DNA of 63,614 nt, counting the filler, from Octopus bimaculoides (Eukaryota): assembly GCF_001194135.2 (NCBI RefSeq). It is 7 parts of 6 records of this genome, joined end to end, with 100 filler letters (N's around TTAATTAATTAA, not from the genome) between each part and the next. Parts side by side here need not be neighbours in the genome. Positions count along the whole stretch, not along the records: positions 33,435 to 50,783 come from NC_068983.1; 6 more parts are not named here. One strand, 5' to 3'. This document shows positions 35,690-47,610 of this stretch, in pieces. The stretch's first letter is position 1; each line of letters opens with the position of its first letter. Position numbers and translations under genes: made by a program. The notes beneath the pieces are model-generated. The model saw only the letters and a list, made by a program, of their open reading frames with translations. It did not search any database and was not told the DNA's origin.

Positions 35690-35990
35690 GTGAAGGCGCG
35701 TGGCTTAGTGGTTAAGGTACTCGGCTCACGATCTTAGGGCCGTGAGTCCGATTCCCGGCGACGCGTTGTCCTCTTGAGTAAGACGCTTTATTCCACGTTA
35801 AAACTTAGTTGTACGTGTATTTCAAAGGGCCAGCCTTACCACTCCGTGTCGTGTTGAATCTCCCTGAGAACTACGTTAAGGGTACACGTGTCTGTGGAGT
35901 GCTCAGCCACTTGCAACATTAAGTCCTCGGGCAGACTCTTCCGTTGATCGGATCAACTGGAAAACCCGTTGACGGAGTGTCAGTTATGCT
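35690..35990 (+). mobile_element. SINE family B short form (different head, shared 3' half)
   Basis: Head GAAGGCGCGTGGCTTAGTGGTTAAGG; 3' half GAGAACTACGTTAAGGGTACACGTGTCTGTGGAGTGCTCAGCCAC shared with the long form. Confidence 0.85.
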
Positions 35991-36582
35991 TTTAGTGACT
36001 GAGTTTACGGCCAGTTTTCCCAGTTAAAGATTAGGACTAAACACCTGTACGCTGGTGCTGCTGGTTTCCATCTCCAAATGCAGGAGCCGATCTCTCATCA
36101 GGCGGTGAAGCAGCTCTCTAAGTGGTTCGGATCTCTCCACTGCAACACTAGAGCTGCTCAGACCAGCCATCGTTGTAGACGTCAAATCTCCCACACGAGC
36201 TTTATTGAGTCAGATATCGTGACTCTGGGCCAGATGTTTCTGTTATCCTCAATGTTCATTTTTGATGCATCATTAGTCTTGAGCTAGTGTTTTCTGCCAA
36301 TTTTCTGGCAATATATTTTTGTCTCATTGCAGCTAGCCCAAGATCCCCTGAGATGGAGTAAACCCTAGTTTCAACAATTCCTCCAACATCTATCTCCACA
36401 AAAAGGTATGTTTCCTCCTTTCCATTGTTTATTTCATTGCCAAAATCCTTAAGAAAAGAAATGACCACTACAAACCATTTTTGGCTTTGATGATATAAGA
36501 AATTTTGCTTTATAGGAAACGGTTCTATGCGTGTGCTTGATGTGTGTGTGTGTGTGTGCATGTGGTGTTTGTGTTTGTATGT

Positions 36583-36655
<73 letters not shown>

Positions 36656-37049
36656 TGTGTTCGTTTGTATTTGGGTGAATTTGTGCGTTTACGAGTGTGC
36701 GCGCGCATGTATGTGAGTGTGTGCGCGCAGAAGCAGAAATAATAGTGAGATAACAACAGTTTTGGTCTACATAGAATAGAGAAAAAAAATTAATCTACTT
36801 AATATTCAGAGGTGGGTGACCCGAGAAGTGATTTATTTTGACACTTAACTCAAAGTGATAACACTGTTTAGTAAAAAAGAGAAAGAAAAATAAAATGAGG
36901 TTATGTCAGCTTGATGCAAGGAAAGAAAGTGTTTTCTTGAGTTCCACGACAGAAAAAGCTGGTTATCCGGCTTCCCTGACGTATAAATGATCGAGATGAC
37001 AACATTTTTCCTGAACGAGACACCGATTTGTTGTAGGGGTTAAGGACAG

Positions 37050-37245
37050 CAATTATGAAGGGTGTGAGCAAGTCGATTACGCTGACCTCAGTATTTCACT
37101 GGTACTTTATTTTATCGACTCCCAAGGGATGAAAGGCAAGGCAAAGCTGACCTTGGCGGAATTGGAATTCAAAACGTAAAGAGCCGAAAGAAATGCTATT
37201 TAGCATTTTGTCCGACATGCTAACAATTTTGGCAGCTTACTGCCT
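37050..37245 (-). mobile_element. SINE family A, older copy
   Basis: Diverged family core on the minus strand. Confidence 0.7.
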
Positions 37246-37658
37246 TAGGAAATTTCTCTCTCCCTCTCCCCTATCTCTCTCTTTCTCTGCCTCACTCTCC
37301 GTCCTCTCCCCTTCTATCTCTGTTGTTTCGCTATATAAATATAATTCGATTTTTGATTTTAAATTTGTGAAATTTTATCGAGCCTTTCCTTACAGATTTT
37401 CAAATATAACAAATCTCTCATTTGTATATTTGCAATAAATAAATGGTGAAGGCACATGGCCAAGTGGCTAGAGCTGTTGCACTCACGATCTCACGACTGT
37501 GGTTTCGATTTCAAGATCTGGTGGTGCATTGTATTCTTGAGCAAAATATTTCATTTCACATGACTCCCATCCACTCTGATATTAAATGACTGACCCAGCG
37601 ATGGACCGAGGTTCTGTTCAGCAGGAATGTCATCCTCTCCGTCACTTATACGCTATGG

Positions 37659-37963
37659 TGGAGGTGCAATGGCCCAGTGGTTAGGGCAACGGACTCGCGG
37701 TTGTACGATCCCGGTTTTGATTCCCAGACCGGGCGTTGTGAGTGTTTATTGAGCGAAGACACGTAAAGCTCCACGAAGCTCTGGAAGGGGGTGGTGGCGA
37801 ACCCTACTGTACTCTTTCACCACAATTTTCTCTCACTCTTTCTTCCTGTTTCTGTTGTACCTGTATTTGAAAGGGCCAGTCTTGTCACGCTCTGCGTCAC
37901 GCTGAATCTCCCCGAGAACTACGTTAAGGGTACACGTGTCTGTGGAGTGCTCAGCCACTTGCA
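37659..37963 (+). mobile_element. SINE family B long form
   Basis: Aligns with the reverse complement of 18489-18875. Confidence 0.88.
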
Positions 37964-38402
37964 NNNNNNNNNNNNNNNNNNNNNNNNNNNNNNNNNNNNN
38001 NNNNNNNNNNNNNNNNNNNNNNNNNNNNNNNNNNNNNNNNNNNNNNNNNNNNNNNNNNNNNNNNNNNNNNNNNNNNNNNNNNNNNNNNNNNNNNNNNNNN
38101 NNNNNNNNNNNNNNNNNNNNNNNNNNNNNNNNNNNNNNNNNNNNNNNNNNNNNNNNNNNNNNNNNNNNNNNNNNNNNNNNNNNNNNNNNNNNNNNNNNNN
38201 NNNNNNNNNNNNNNNNNNNNNNNNNNNNNNNNNNNNNNNNNNNNNNNNNNNNNNNNNNNNNNNNNNNNNNNNNNNNNNNNNNNNNNNNNNNNNNNNNNNN
38301 NNNNNNNNNNNNNNNNNNNNNNNNNNNNNNNNNNNNNNNNNNNNNNNNNNNNNNNNNNNNNNNNNNNNNNNNNNNNNNNNNNNNNNNNNNNNNNNNNNNN
38401 NN

Positions 38403-38464
<62 letters not shown>

Positions 38465-39045
38465 TGTGTGTACAGGTGTTGTTACATTCACATCTCTGTA
38501 ACATAAAGGTTTGGTAAAAGAGACCGATAAAATAAGTACCACCAGGCTGTAAAAAATAAGTGCTGGGGTTGATTCGTTCGACTAAAATTCTTCGAAACGG
38601 TGCCTAATGATTGAAACAAATAAAAAACATAAACGACACATGCTCTTATTTTTCTATCTACTTGCAGAATTGTTAGCACGCTGGTATTTCATTTGTGATC
38701 ACGTTCTGAGTTCAAATTCCGTTGCTATCACTGTACGCTACAGTTCAATGGAAAACTGAAGAGATTTCAAGAGAAATAAGAGAAAAGAAAGAAGTAGAGA
38801 AATAATGAAATGTTTCAGGCTGAAGCACATAGAACAAAAGACAAATTAGACTTAAAAGATGTATAAAACCAGGAAAATTAATTCATTATAAAGAACAATC
38901 AACAAGAAAAAAATTGTCTTTGAAATAATAACAACAAAATATAAAAGGATTACGTATGAGAAAAGTCAATATGGCAGACAATATGTATTTAACTTTGAAT
39001 TGAAAAAAAATGTCTGAAATGTAAACAAGATGAAAAGTTGTCGCC

Positions 39046-39076
<31 letters not shown>

Positions 39077-39462
39077 AGGCACTAGTAAGAACTAATAGAA
39101 GTCTGCCAAGATACAGAAAGAAGGAAGAAAAACATTCTTGTGATCTATGAAGAATGGACTACTTTTATCTATAAACACAAAACGAAAAGGCATAACGAAA
39201 ATATAAAATGTTAAAGATGAAATGAAGTAGGAGATCAATGGCGGTGGTTAATATTAAATAGAAAAATGATATAGAAAAACCTGCGTTTGATGTTAGGAAA
39301 ATCGAAACCTATCGTGATATGATGGCAGAGAAGGTTTTATTGAGAACAGCAGGCAGTAGTGAATAAAACTATTGAGAATTTCAATATAAAAGCTGTTGTG
39401 AAGATATTAACAAAAGTAAACACAAATAAAGCTAGTAGGTACTAATTAATGCTGTTTTCCAG

Positions 39463-39835
39463 GTGGCGAGCTGCCAGAATCGTTAGCGAGCCGGACAAGA
39501 CTGGCGAAATGCTTAACGACGGTTCGTTAGTAGTCTATGTTCTGAGTTCAAATTTCACCGCGGTCGACTTTGCCTTTCGTTCTATTGTACCGGTTGAACA
39601 TTTGGGTTGATGTAATCGACTTACCCCACCCCACTGAAATTGATGGCCTTGTGATTAAATTTGAAATCGTTAATGTTATTTATAAGGCGGTGAAGTGGAG
39701 AATCGTTACCATGGCGGACAAGATGGTTAGCGGCATTTCGTCCGTCTTTACGTTCTGGGTTCAAATCTCACCGTAGTCACCTTTGCTTTCATCCTTTCGC
39801 GGTCGATAAAATAAAGTAACGGTGAAGTACTAAAG
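39463..39835 (+). mobile_element. Tandem pair of older SINE family A copies
   Basis: Two diverged cores starting at about 39463 and about 39685. Confidence 0.7.
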
Positions 39836-39837
39836 TG

Positions 39838-40220
39838 TGGAGACGCGATGGCCCAGTGGTTAGGGCAGCGGATTCGCGGTCGGAGGATCGAGGTCTCGAT
39901 TCCCAGACCGGGCGTTGTGGGTGTTTATTGAGGGAAAACACCTGAAGCACAAGGCTCCGGCAGAGGCGCGTTATGTCCTTGAGCAAGACACTTTATTTCA
40001 CATTGCTTCAGTCCACTAAGATGACAAAAATGAGTAGTACCTGTATTTCAAAGGGGCCAGTCTTGTCACATTCTGTGTTACGCTGAATTTCCACGAGAAG
40101 TGGAAGTGCTCATGTCTGTGAAGTGCTCAGTCACTTACTTGTACGTTAATTTGACGAGCAGGTTGTTCCGTTGATCGAATCAACGAGAACACTCGTCGTC
40201 GTAACCGATGAAGTGCCATT
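39838..40220 (+). mobile_element. Chimeric SINE B (long-form 5' end joined to short-form body)
   Basis: Switch near 39958 at CCGGC. Confidence 0.7.
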
Positions 40221-40917
40221 AAAGCTACAGCTACACTGGGTTTTCTTCTTCGACTACTATTTTTACTAACAAATAGATGAAATCAACTGTCGAGGTTGAG
40301 TGTCTTGGTCACGGAGACACTCACTGGTACCTTCAAGACGTGAACCATTGACTGTAGGGTCCAGATGTTCCCCCGATCACCCTCACCCACCCACTCCTGC
40401 TTACACACGCATTCAGGTTGTAAGGCAACAGCACAACGCAAAAGATCGATCGCATGTAACAAATCAAAAAGTATGTAACGTCCATCAGATGAACCTTCTC
40501 ATCTGTTTCAGATCGATTGAATAAGTATGGCTTGAAGCGAGCCAATCCATTTATAACGTTTTGTGTCTTACACTACGTTACAAAAGGCCTTTTGTACAAG
40601 TGAGAAAGAAATTATTATTTTACTAATTGCTGAACAAAAAAACTTAATTAGAAGCTTAAGGGCCAAGATAGAAGTGATGATTATACAGGGCCCACGTGTT
40701 GATTATATCATTAGCATTACAAATTTTTCTTTACCTGCCAGGCAGGTGAGCAGCGCTTGTTGGTTCTATCAATCTAAATCCTTCTTTTGTTGTTTCTTGA
40801 TTATTTAATTACGAATAGAAATTTACCTTTTTTAGTGTCATTTCCCCACCTAAATCGAACAGCTGACGGTGTGTAGCTTAATCTCTTTTATGAAAGGGGA
40901 GTCTATGCTGACGTAGA

Positions 40918-41255
40918 AGAGGCACAATGGCCCAGTGGTTAGGGAAGCGGTTTCGATTCCCAGACCGGGCGTTGTGAGTGTCTATTGAGCGATAACACAT
41001 AAAAGCTTCACGAGGCTTCGGCAGGGGTGGTGGTGGCGAACCCTGCTGTACTCTTTCACCACAACTTTCTCTCACTGTTTCTGTAGTACCTGTATTTCAA
41101 AGGGCCAGCCTTGTCACGCTAAATCTCCCCGAGAGCTACGTTAAGGGTGCAGGTGTCTGTGGAGTGCTCAGCCACTTGCACGTTAATTTTACGAGCAGGC
41201 TGTTCCATTGATCGGATCAATTGGAACCCTCGTCGTCGTAACCGACGGAGTTTCA
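40918..41255 (+). mobile_element. SINE family B long form with small deletions
   Basis: Head, body and GTAACCGACGGAG tail all present. Confidence 0.88.
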
Positions 41256-41329
41256 CGATACTGCTACAACTAAGTCTTACATAACTACGTTGTATGTGTA
41301 CTTGTTATTTAACCCCAGGTCAGCTTTCG

Positions 41330-41545
41330 CTAATTTCAAATTTTGGCACAAGAGCAGCAATTTCGGGGGTGGGGTAAGTCGATTACATCGACCCAAATAT
41401 TCGACTGGTACTTATTTTATCGACCCCGAAAAGATGAAAGGCAAAGTCGACCTCGGCGGAATTTGAACCCAGAACGTAAAGACAGATGAAATACCGTTAA
41501 GCATTTTATCTGGAGTGCTAACGATTCTGTCAGCTCGCCGCCTTT
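41330..41545 (-). mobile_element. SINE family A copy
   Basis: ATCGACCCCGAAAAGATGAAAGGCAAAGTCGACCTCGGCGGAATTTGAAC. Confidence 0.85.
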
Positions 41546-41727
41546 AAGTCAACCTTCATTAAGCAAACCTGTGATCTAAGGCATTCCAGCCATGATCATC
41601 ACATTTTACTTCCAGACATAATATATCTAAGACTACATTTTATAAAGTAGCTTTTTGTGGTGCTACTTTACCGTGCGGTCTACCACGAAGTCCGTAGCCT
41701 ACGCTGTCTGGGGTTATGTTAAGGTTA

Positions 41728-41998
41728 TTGTTGTTGCTGGCACTCCGTCGCTTACGACGTCGAGGGTTCCAGTTGATCCGATCAACGGAACAGCCTGCTC
41801 GTGAAATTAACGTGCAAGTGGCTGAGCAATCCACAGACACGTGTACCCTTAACGTAGTTCTCGGGGAGATTCAGCGTGAGACAGTGTGACAAGGCTGACC
41901 CTTTGAATTACAGGCACAACAGAAACAGGAAATAAGAGTGAGAGAAAGTTGTGGTGGAAGAGTACAGCAGGGTTCACCACCATCCCCTGCCGGAGCCT
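41728..41998 (-). mobile_element. SINE family B long form, 3' part
   Basis: Near-identical to 18489-18750. Confidence 0.88.
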
Positions 41999-44886
41999 NN
42001 NNNNNNNNNNNNNNNNNNNNNNNNNNNNNNNNNNNNNNNNNNNNNNNNNNNNNNNNNNNNNNNNNNNNNNNNNNNNNNNNNNNNNNNNNNNNNNNNNNNN
42101 NNNNNNNNNNNNNNNNNNNNNNNNNNNNNNNNNNNNNNNNNNNNNNNNNNNNNNNNNNNNNNNNNNNNNNNNNNNNNNNNNNNNNNNNNNNNNNNNNNNN
42201 NNNNNNNNNNNNNNNNNNNNNNNNNNNNNNNNNNNNNNNNNNNNNNNNNNNNNNNNNNNNNNNNNNNNNNNNNNNNNNNNNNNNNNNNNNNNNNNNNNNN
42301 NNNNNNNNNNNGAGCGACCGCGTTGAGGAGTGATTCTCAACCATTTTTCAACTATGGACCCCTTTGATTCTTATTTTGCTTGGGTGCTCCCCCACAACCA
42401 TTCGATGTTTAAATATTCTTATACAGTAATACCTCGGCTATCGCGAGTGTTACGTTCTAACCAGCCCCCGCGATAGATGGAAATCTGCGAAGTAGAAACA
42501 GTGCTGTACTATGTATTTTTAAAAATTGTTTTTTATAATTTGCATATATTTATTTTATTATGAATATAAAACAACACCACAGTTCGTGCCAGTTACGAGG
42601 CCAAACATCCCTGAAAGTTTCATCCGAATCCATCTTGCGGTTCTTGAGATATCTTGTCCACGGACAAACAAACAAACACGTCCGAAAACAATACTTCCAC
42701 CTTCGTTAAGGCAGAGGTAATAATGCGTTATTCTCTTTTTAAGACGATAGGGTGTGGTTTGAGAAAGAACTGGCTGCTATTCCTAGCTGGTCCAAGTTCC
42801 TTCGCGAGGTTTTAAATATAAATCTGTTTTGTTCATTATGAAAAATCTCACCTAGATTCATGCTGCATAAATTAATTCATCATTTTTCTGTTAATTTATT
42901 TGTTTCATGTACGAGTAATTCTGGTTCTTTATCAAGGTCGTCTTGTATTCATTTCATCCTAAGTGACCACTCACTTGTATAGACTCCATATATCCAGATC
43001 AACAAGAGACCTACTTCGCCATATCAAACACTACTGATCTTTCCGCCTTCAAAAGTTAAATGTGTTAAATGTATTAAAAGAGATATAATATTGCTAAAAA
43101 AAAACGCCCGGAAGATACTCAGTGTATACGTTTCGCCTTTCTTGAAGTTTGTCAATTCCGTGCATCTAATTCTCATCTGCCTCAACGAAATTCGTGCAAC
43201 GAAGCACGTCCGTCTGTCCTGTGAGTCACTGCAGCGAAGATGTCTGTCTCATGAGTCACTGGAGCAACAATATCTGTATCACTTCGATATAGTATTTTTA
43301 TGAAGAGATTTTATCTCTAGCAATTCCTCAAACATCATGCTTTCAAAATGGTGTATATACATTTAGCATGGTATAGAGATGGTGATTTTAATTTAATGCT
43401 GTTTCAGTGGTATACACCGAGATCTTTTTATAGCCCGGCATGCTTCTTCAATACTAGTTTTTTTTTTCGCTATTTCCTGTATACCTGAGCATGAATTTCG
43501 TTTAAACAGATAACAAACGGGTGCATGGTATTGGCAAGCCTCAAGCAAATCGAGACGCACCCGCCGTTCTTATGAGTCATTGCAACGACGATGTTCGTCT
43601 CATCCCGATATGTTATTTTAAACATAATTTGTCTACGAAGGGATTTTATCTCAGACAATTACACAACATCTGGCCTTGTAACAGTGTCTATTCATCTCGC
43701 AAAAATATTTGATTAATACTACTGTACTTCTAGTTCAAATTCCACCGAAGTTGACTTTGCCTTTCATCCTTTCGAGGTCGATAAAATAAGTACTATTTGA
43801 ATACTGGTGTCAATATAATACCCCAGAATTTAAAACCAATATTATTGTACTTATTTACACTACTTCATTGCAGTAATTCCTAAACAAACATACTGTACTT
43901 CTTTACGCACCAACACTACAAAGAATAAGTACACAAAATTATCAGTCAAAATAAAGTCCCACTCAATGGTGTCGACTTAACTTATAAAACCTATTCTCCC
44001 TCGAAATTTATCGTCTGTATTAAAGAAATCATTATTATTTCAAGATAGCATGACTTCTGTAAGAATATCTTCGAAGTGAATATTGACTTTTAAAATGTCG
44101 CGTTGACATTAAAATCTCCTCTTCACATTCATGCAGATGAATCGCTACAAGAAAACTTTCAATGACTTCACATTTCTACATTTTATATTTCATATTTAAT
44201 ATTTTATGTTTTATTATCCGTCTTAATGCTTTTTTTCCTCTTGTCTTCCATGTTGAATCTCAAACCTTGCAAGTCGTCTTTTTCACTTTCCTTTATATGT
44301 CATCTCTCTCTCTCTCTCTCTTTCCGCCTTCTTTTCGTCTGTCGTCCTCACCCATTCCCTCTCTCTCATTCTCACACCTCACTCATTCTGCATTTCTCTC
44401 GTTTCTATCACGCTCTCACTCATCTCCCTCTTTCTCTCCCCCTTTCTCTCTCGCTTTATCACCCTCTTACTCTCTCAATATTTCAGTCATTTTCTAATCT
44501 CTTAAGTTATCTCACTGTATTCAATAATGAATCATCAAGTGTTGCTTTGCTTTTCTCAATTAATATATACAGCATATGATATATATTTTATACCCGTTTC
44601 ACTGTCTGTCTTTATCGTCTGCTTGCCGCTGCTGCTTCATCTCCATTAGTCAGAAACAGTCTGCCCTCCCCCTCTCTCCTCTTCTCTAATTACTCCAAGC
44701 TAAGTCACTAACTGTCACTCTCTTTCAGACTCACATTTTCACTCTCCCTCTACCTGTGTCTCTGTCTGTCTGTCTGTCTGTCTCTCGTTCCGTCTGTCTG
44801 TCTATGTGTCTCGCTCTCTGTTAGTTTCAGTGTCTGCCTGTTCCTTTCCCTCTCTCCTCTCTCCCACCCTACTATCTATCTGTCTG

Positions 44887-44948
<62 letters not shown>

Positions 44949-45202
44949 CAGAACCTCCTGGAAAATAACCATAGCGAGGGACATTCCACAGTTGAATTAG
45001 AACAGTCACAAACAGTGAAAGAAGACATGCACCCAACACCAGAGCTGAAGACACCTCCGAAAGGGGGTGGCCCCGCCACGTCAAAACAGTAGAGGAGTAG
45101 GGGCCGAAACCGGACGTGGTTCTTCCTGATGATGTCTTGAGCTAACTGGATCCTATAAAGGAGCTGTTGTGGTAGCAGACCACGAAACATGGTTGAAATT
45201 CC

Positions 45203-45255
<53 letters not shown>

Positions 45256-45819
45256 GTGTCTGTCCTCCCTCTCTGTGTATCTGTCTGTTTGTCGCCTGCT
45301 CTGTCTGCCTCTTTGTCTGTCTAGCATCTGTCTAATAACACATTGTTATTAATCTGTGTTTAGTCTCAGATTTTAAACTGAATTAACAAAGCAAATATCA
45401 ACAATTAACCCGCCTGTTTCAAAACCATAAACGAGCAAAACAACACGAAAAGTTGTGACAACAACAACAAAAAAACAACAAAAAAAAACGCAGCAACAAC
45501 AACAGCAGCAGAAGCAGCAACAACAACAACAGCAACAACAACAACGACGGTGACGGTGACGACCGCAGCACCTTGTAAGGTCATCGCAATATCTTGATGT
45601 ACACACATTCACAAGCGCACACACAAACGCACGCATACACACACACACACACACACACACACAGATTTGTGCATGCACACACTCACACACTCTCACATAT
45701 ACATACATAACAACAGAGTCATTTACCCTTCCACCCTCCCTTCATTCATCGATACACTTATCGGTTTCTTTTTGTTCAGAACACATCGAAGATGTTATAC
45801 ACGAGGATGAGTCATAATA

Positions 45820-45979
45820 TATGGAGTGGCCGTATGGTAGGAAGCTTGCTTCACAACCACGTAGTTCCGGGTTCAATCCCACTGTGTAGCACCTTGGGCA
45901 AATGTCTTCTACTATAGCTTCGGGCCTTGCGAGTGGATTTGATAGACGGAAACTGAAAGAAGCCCGTCGTATATGTATG

Positions 45980-46012
<33 letters not shown>

Positions 46013-46920
46013 NNNNNNNNNNNNNNNNNNNNNNNNNNNNNNNNNNNNNNNNNNNNNNNNNNNNNNNNNNNNNNNNNNNNNNNNNNNNNNNNNNNNNNNN
46101 NNNNNNNNNNNNNNNNNNNNNNNNNNNNNNNNNNNNNNNNNNNNNNNNNNNNNNNNNNNNNNNNNNNNNNNNNNNNNNNNNNNNNNNNNNNNNNNNNNNN
46201 NNNNNNNNNNNNNNNNNNNNNNNNNNNNNNNNNNNNNNNNNNNNNNNNNNNNNNNNNNNNNNNNNNNNNNNNNNNNNNNNNNNNNNNNNNNNNNNNNNNN
46301 NNNNNNNNNNNNNNNNNNNNNNNNNNNNNNNNNNNNNNNNNNNNNNNNNNNNNNNNNNNNNNNNNNNNNNNNNNNNNNNNNNNNNNNNNNNNNNNNNNNN
46401 NNNNNNNNNNNNNNNNNNNNNNNNNNNNNNNNNNNNNNNNNNNNNNNNNNNNNNNNNNNNNNNNNNNNNNNNNNNNNNNNNNNNNNNNNNNNNNNNNNNN
46501 NNNNNNNNNNNNNNNNNNNNNNNNNNNNNNNNNNNNNNNNNNNNNNNNNNNNNNNNNNNNNNNNNNNNNNNNNNNNNNNNNNNNNNNNNNNNNNNNNNNN
46601 NNNNNNNNNNNNNNNNNNNNNNNNNNNNNNNNNNNNNNNNNNNNNNNNNNNNNNNNNNNNNNNNNNNTGTGTGTGTGTGTGTGTGTATGTGTGTGTATGT
46701 CTGTGTGTGTATATGTTTGTGCGTCTGTTTGTCCCCCAGCATCGCTTGACAACCGATGCTGGTGTGTTTACGTCCCCGTAACATAGCGGTTCGGCAAAAG
46801 AGACCGATAGAATAAGTACTAGGCTTACAAAGAATAAGCTCTGGGGTCAATTTGTTCGACTGTAAAGGCGGTGCTCCAGCATGGCCGCAGTCAAATGACT
46901 GAAACAAGTAAAAGAGAAAG
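45820..46920 (+). mobile_element. Composite SINE: C head, expanded (TA)/(TG) array with gap, D tail
   Basis: Family C 45820-45972, family D 46730-46920. Confidence 0.7.
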
Positions 46921-47414
46921 AGTATATATAAAGAAACCAAAAATGGAACAAGAACGGAACAGGAGACAACGAAACATCCGGGCAGTTAGACGTTACAAAA
47001 AAGGACAGGAAAAAATATAAGGACGGGTAAGTCGGAGCTTTCTATCCTCAGTCGAGTTCCAAATCATCTTTGCAGTTTCGGCCGGTTACACTTGATATTG
47101 CTCCAATCTGGCCGGCCTCAAGAAAATCTAAGCTAAGAGCACTAGACTCCTCGAAAGAAAGCAAGCGAATGTAAACGAAAACAAGGACGAAAAAAAAAAA
47201 ACGAAGACATGGTACACAAATACAAACAACAGGACATTAACAACAGGTGTCTTTCGAATTAACTTAAGCTGGCTTGTGTGTGGAAGTGAAGCCTTACGGC
47301 AGGAACATAAAAGATGAAAGTCATGGGGAGAAATATAAGGGATGCTACACGGATAGTAGTCGAACCAAGAAAGAAGTGTGTGTGTGTGTGTGCGTATATG
47401 CTTTTGTGTCTGTG

Positions 47415-47610
47415 TTTGTCCCCCTACCATCGCTTGACAACCGAGGTTGATGTGTTTGCGTCCCCGTAATTTAGCCGTTCGGCAAAAGAGACCTATAGAA
47501 TAAGTATTAGGCTTACAAAGAATAAGTTCTGCGGTCGATTTGTTCGACTAAAGGGCGGTGTTCCAGCATGGCCGCAGTCAATTGACTGAAACAAGTAAAA
47601 GAATAAAAAG
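47415..47610 (+). mobile_element. Family D segment
   Basis: TTTGTCCCC..CCATCGCTTGACAACCG...GCGGTG.TCCAGCATGGCCGCAGTCA..GACTGAAACAAGTAAAAGA. Confidence 0.8.

Noticed and set aside
40722-40752. 4-nt microexon CCAG|GCAG|GTGAGC, or a minus-strand donor CAG|GTAAAG
   Set aside because: The signals on the two strands conflict and there is no supporting neighbouring exon.
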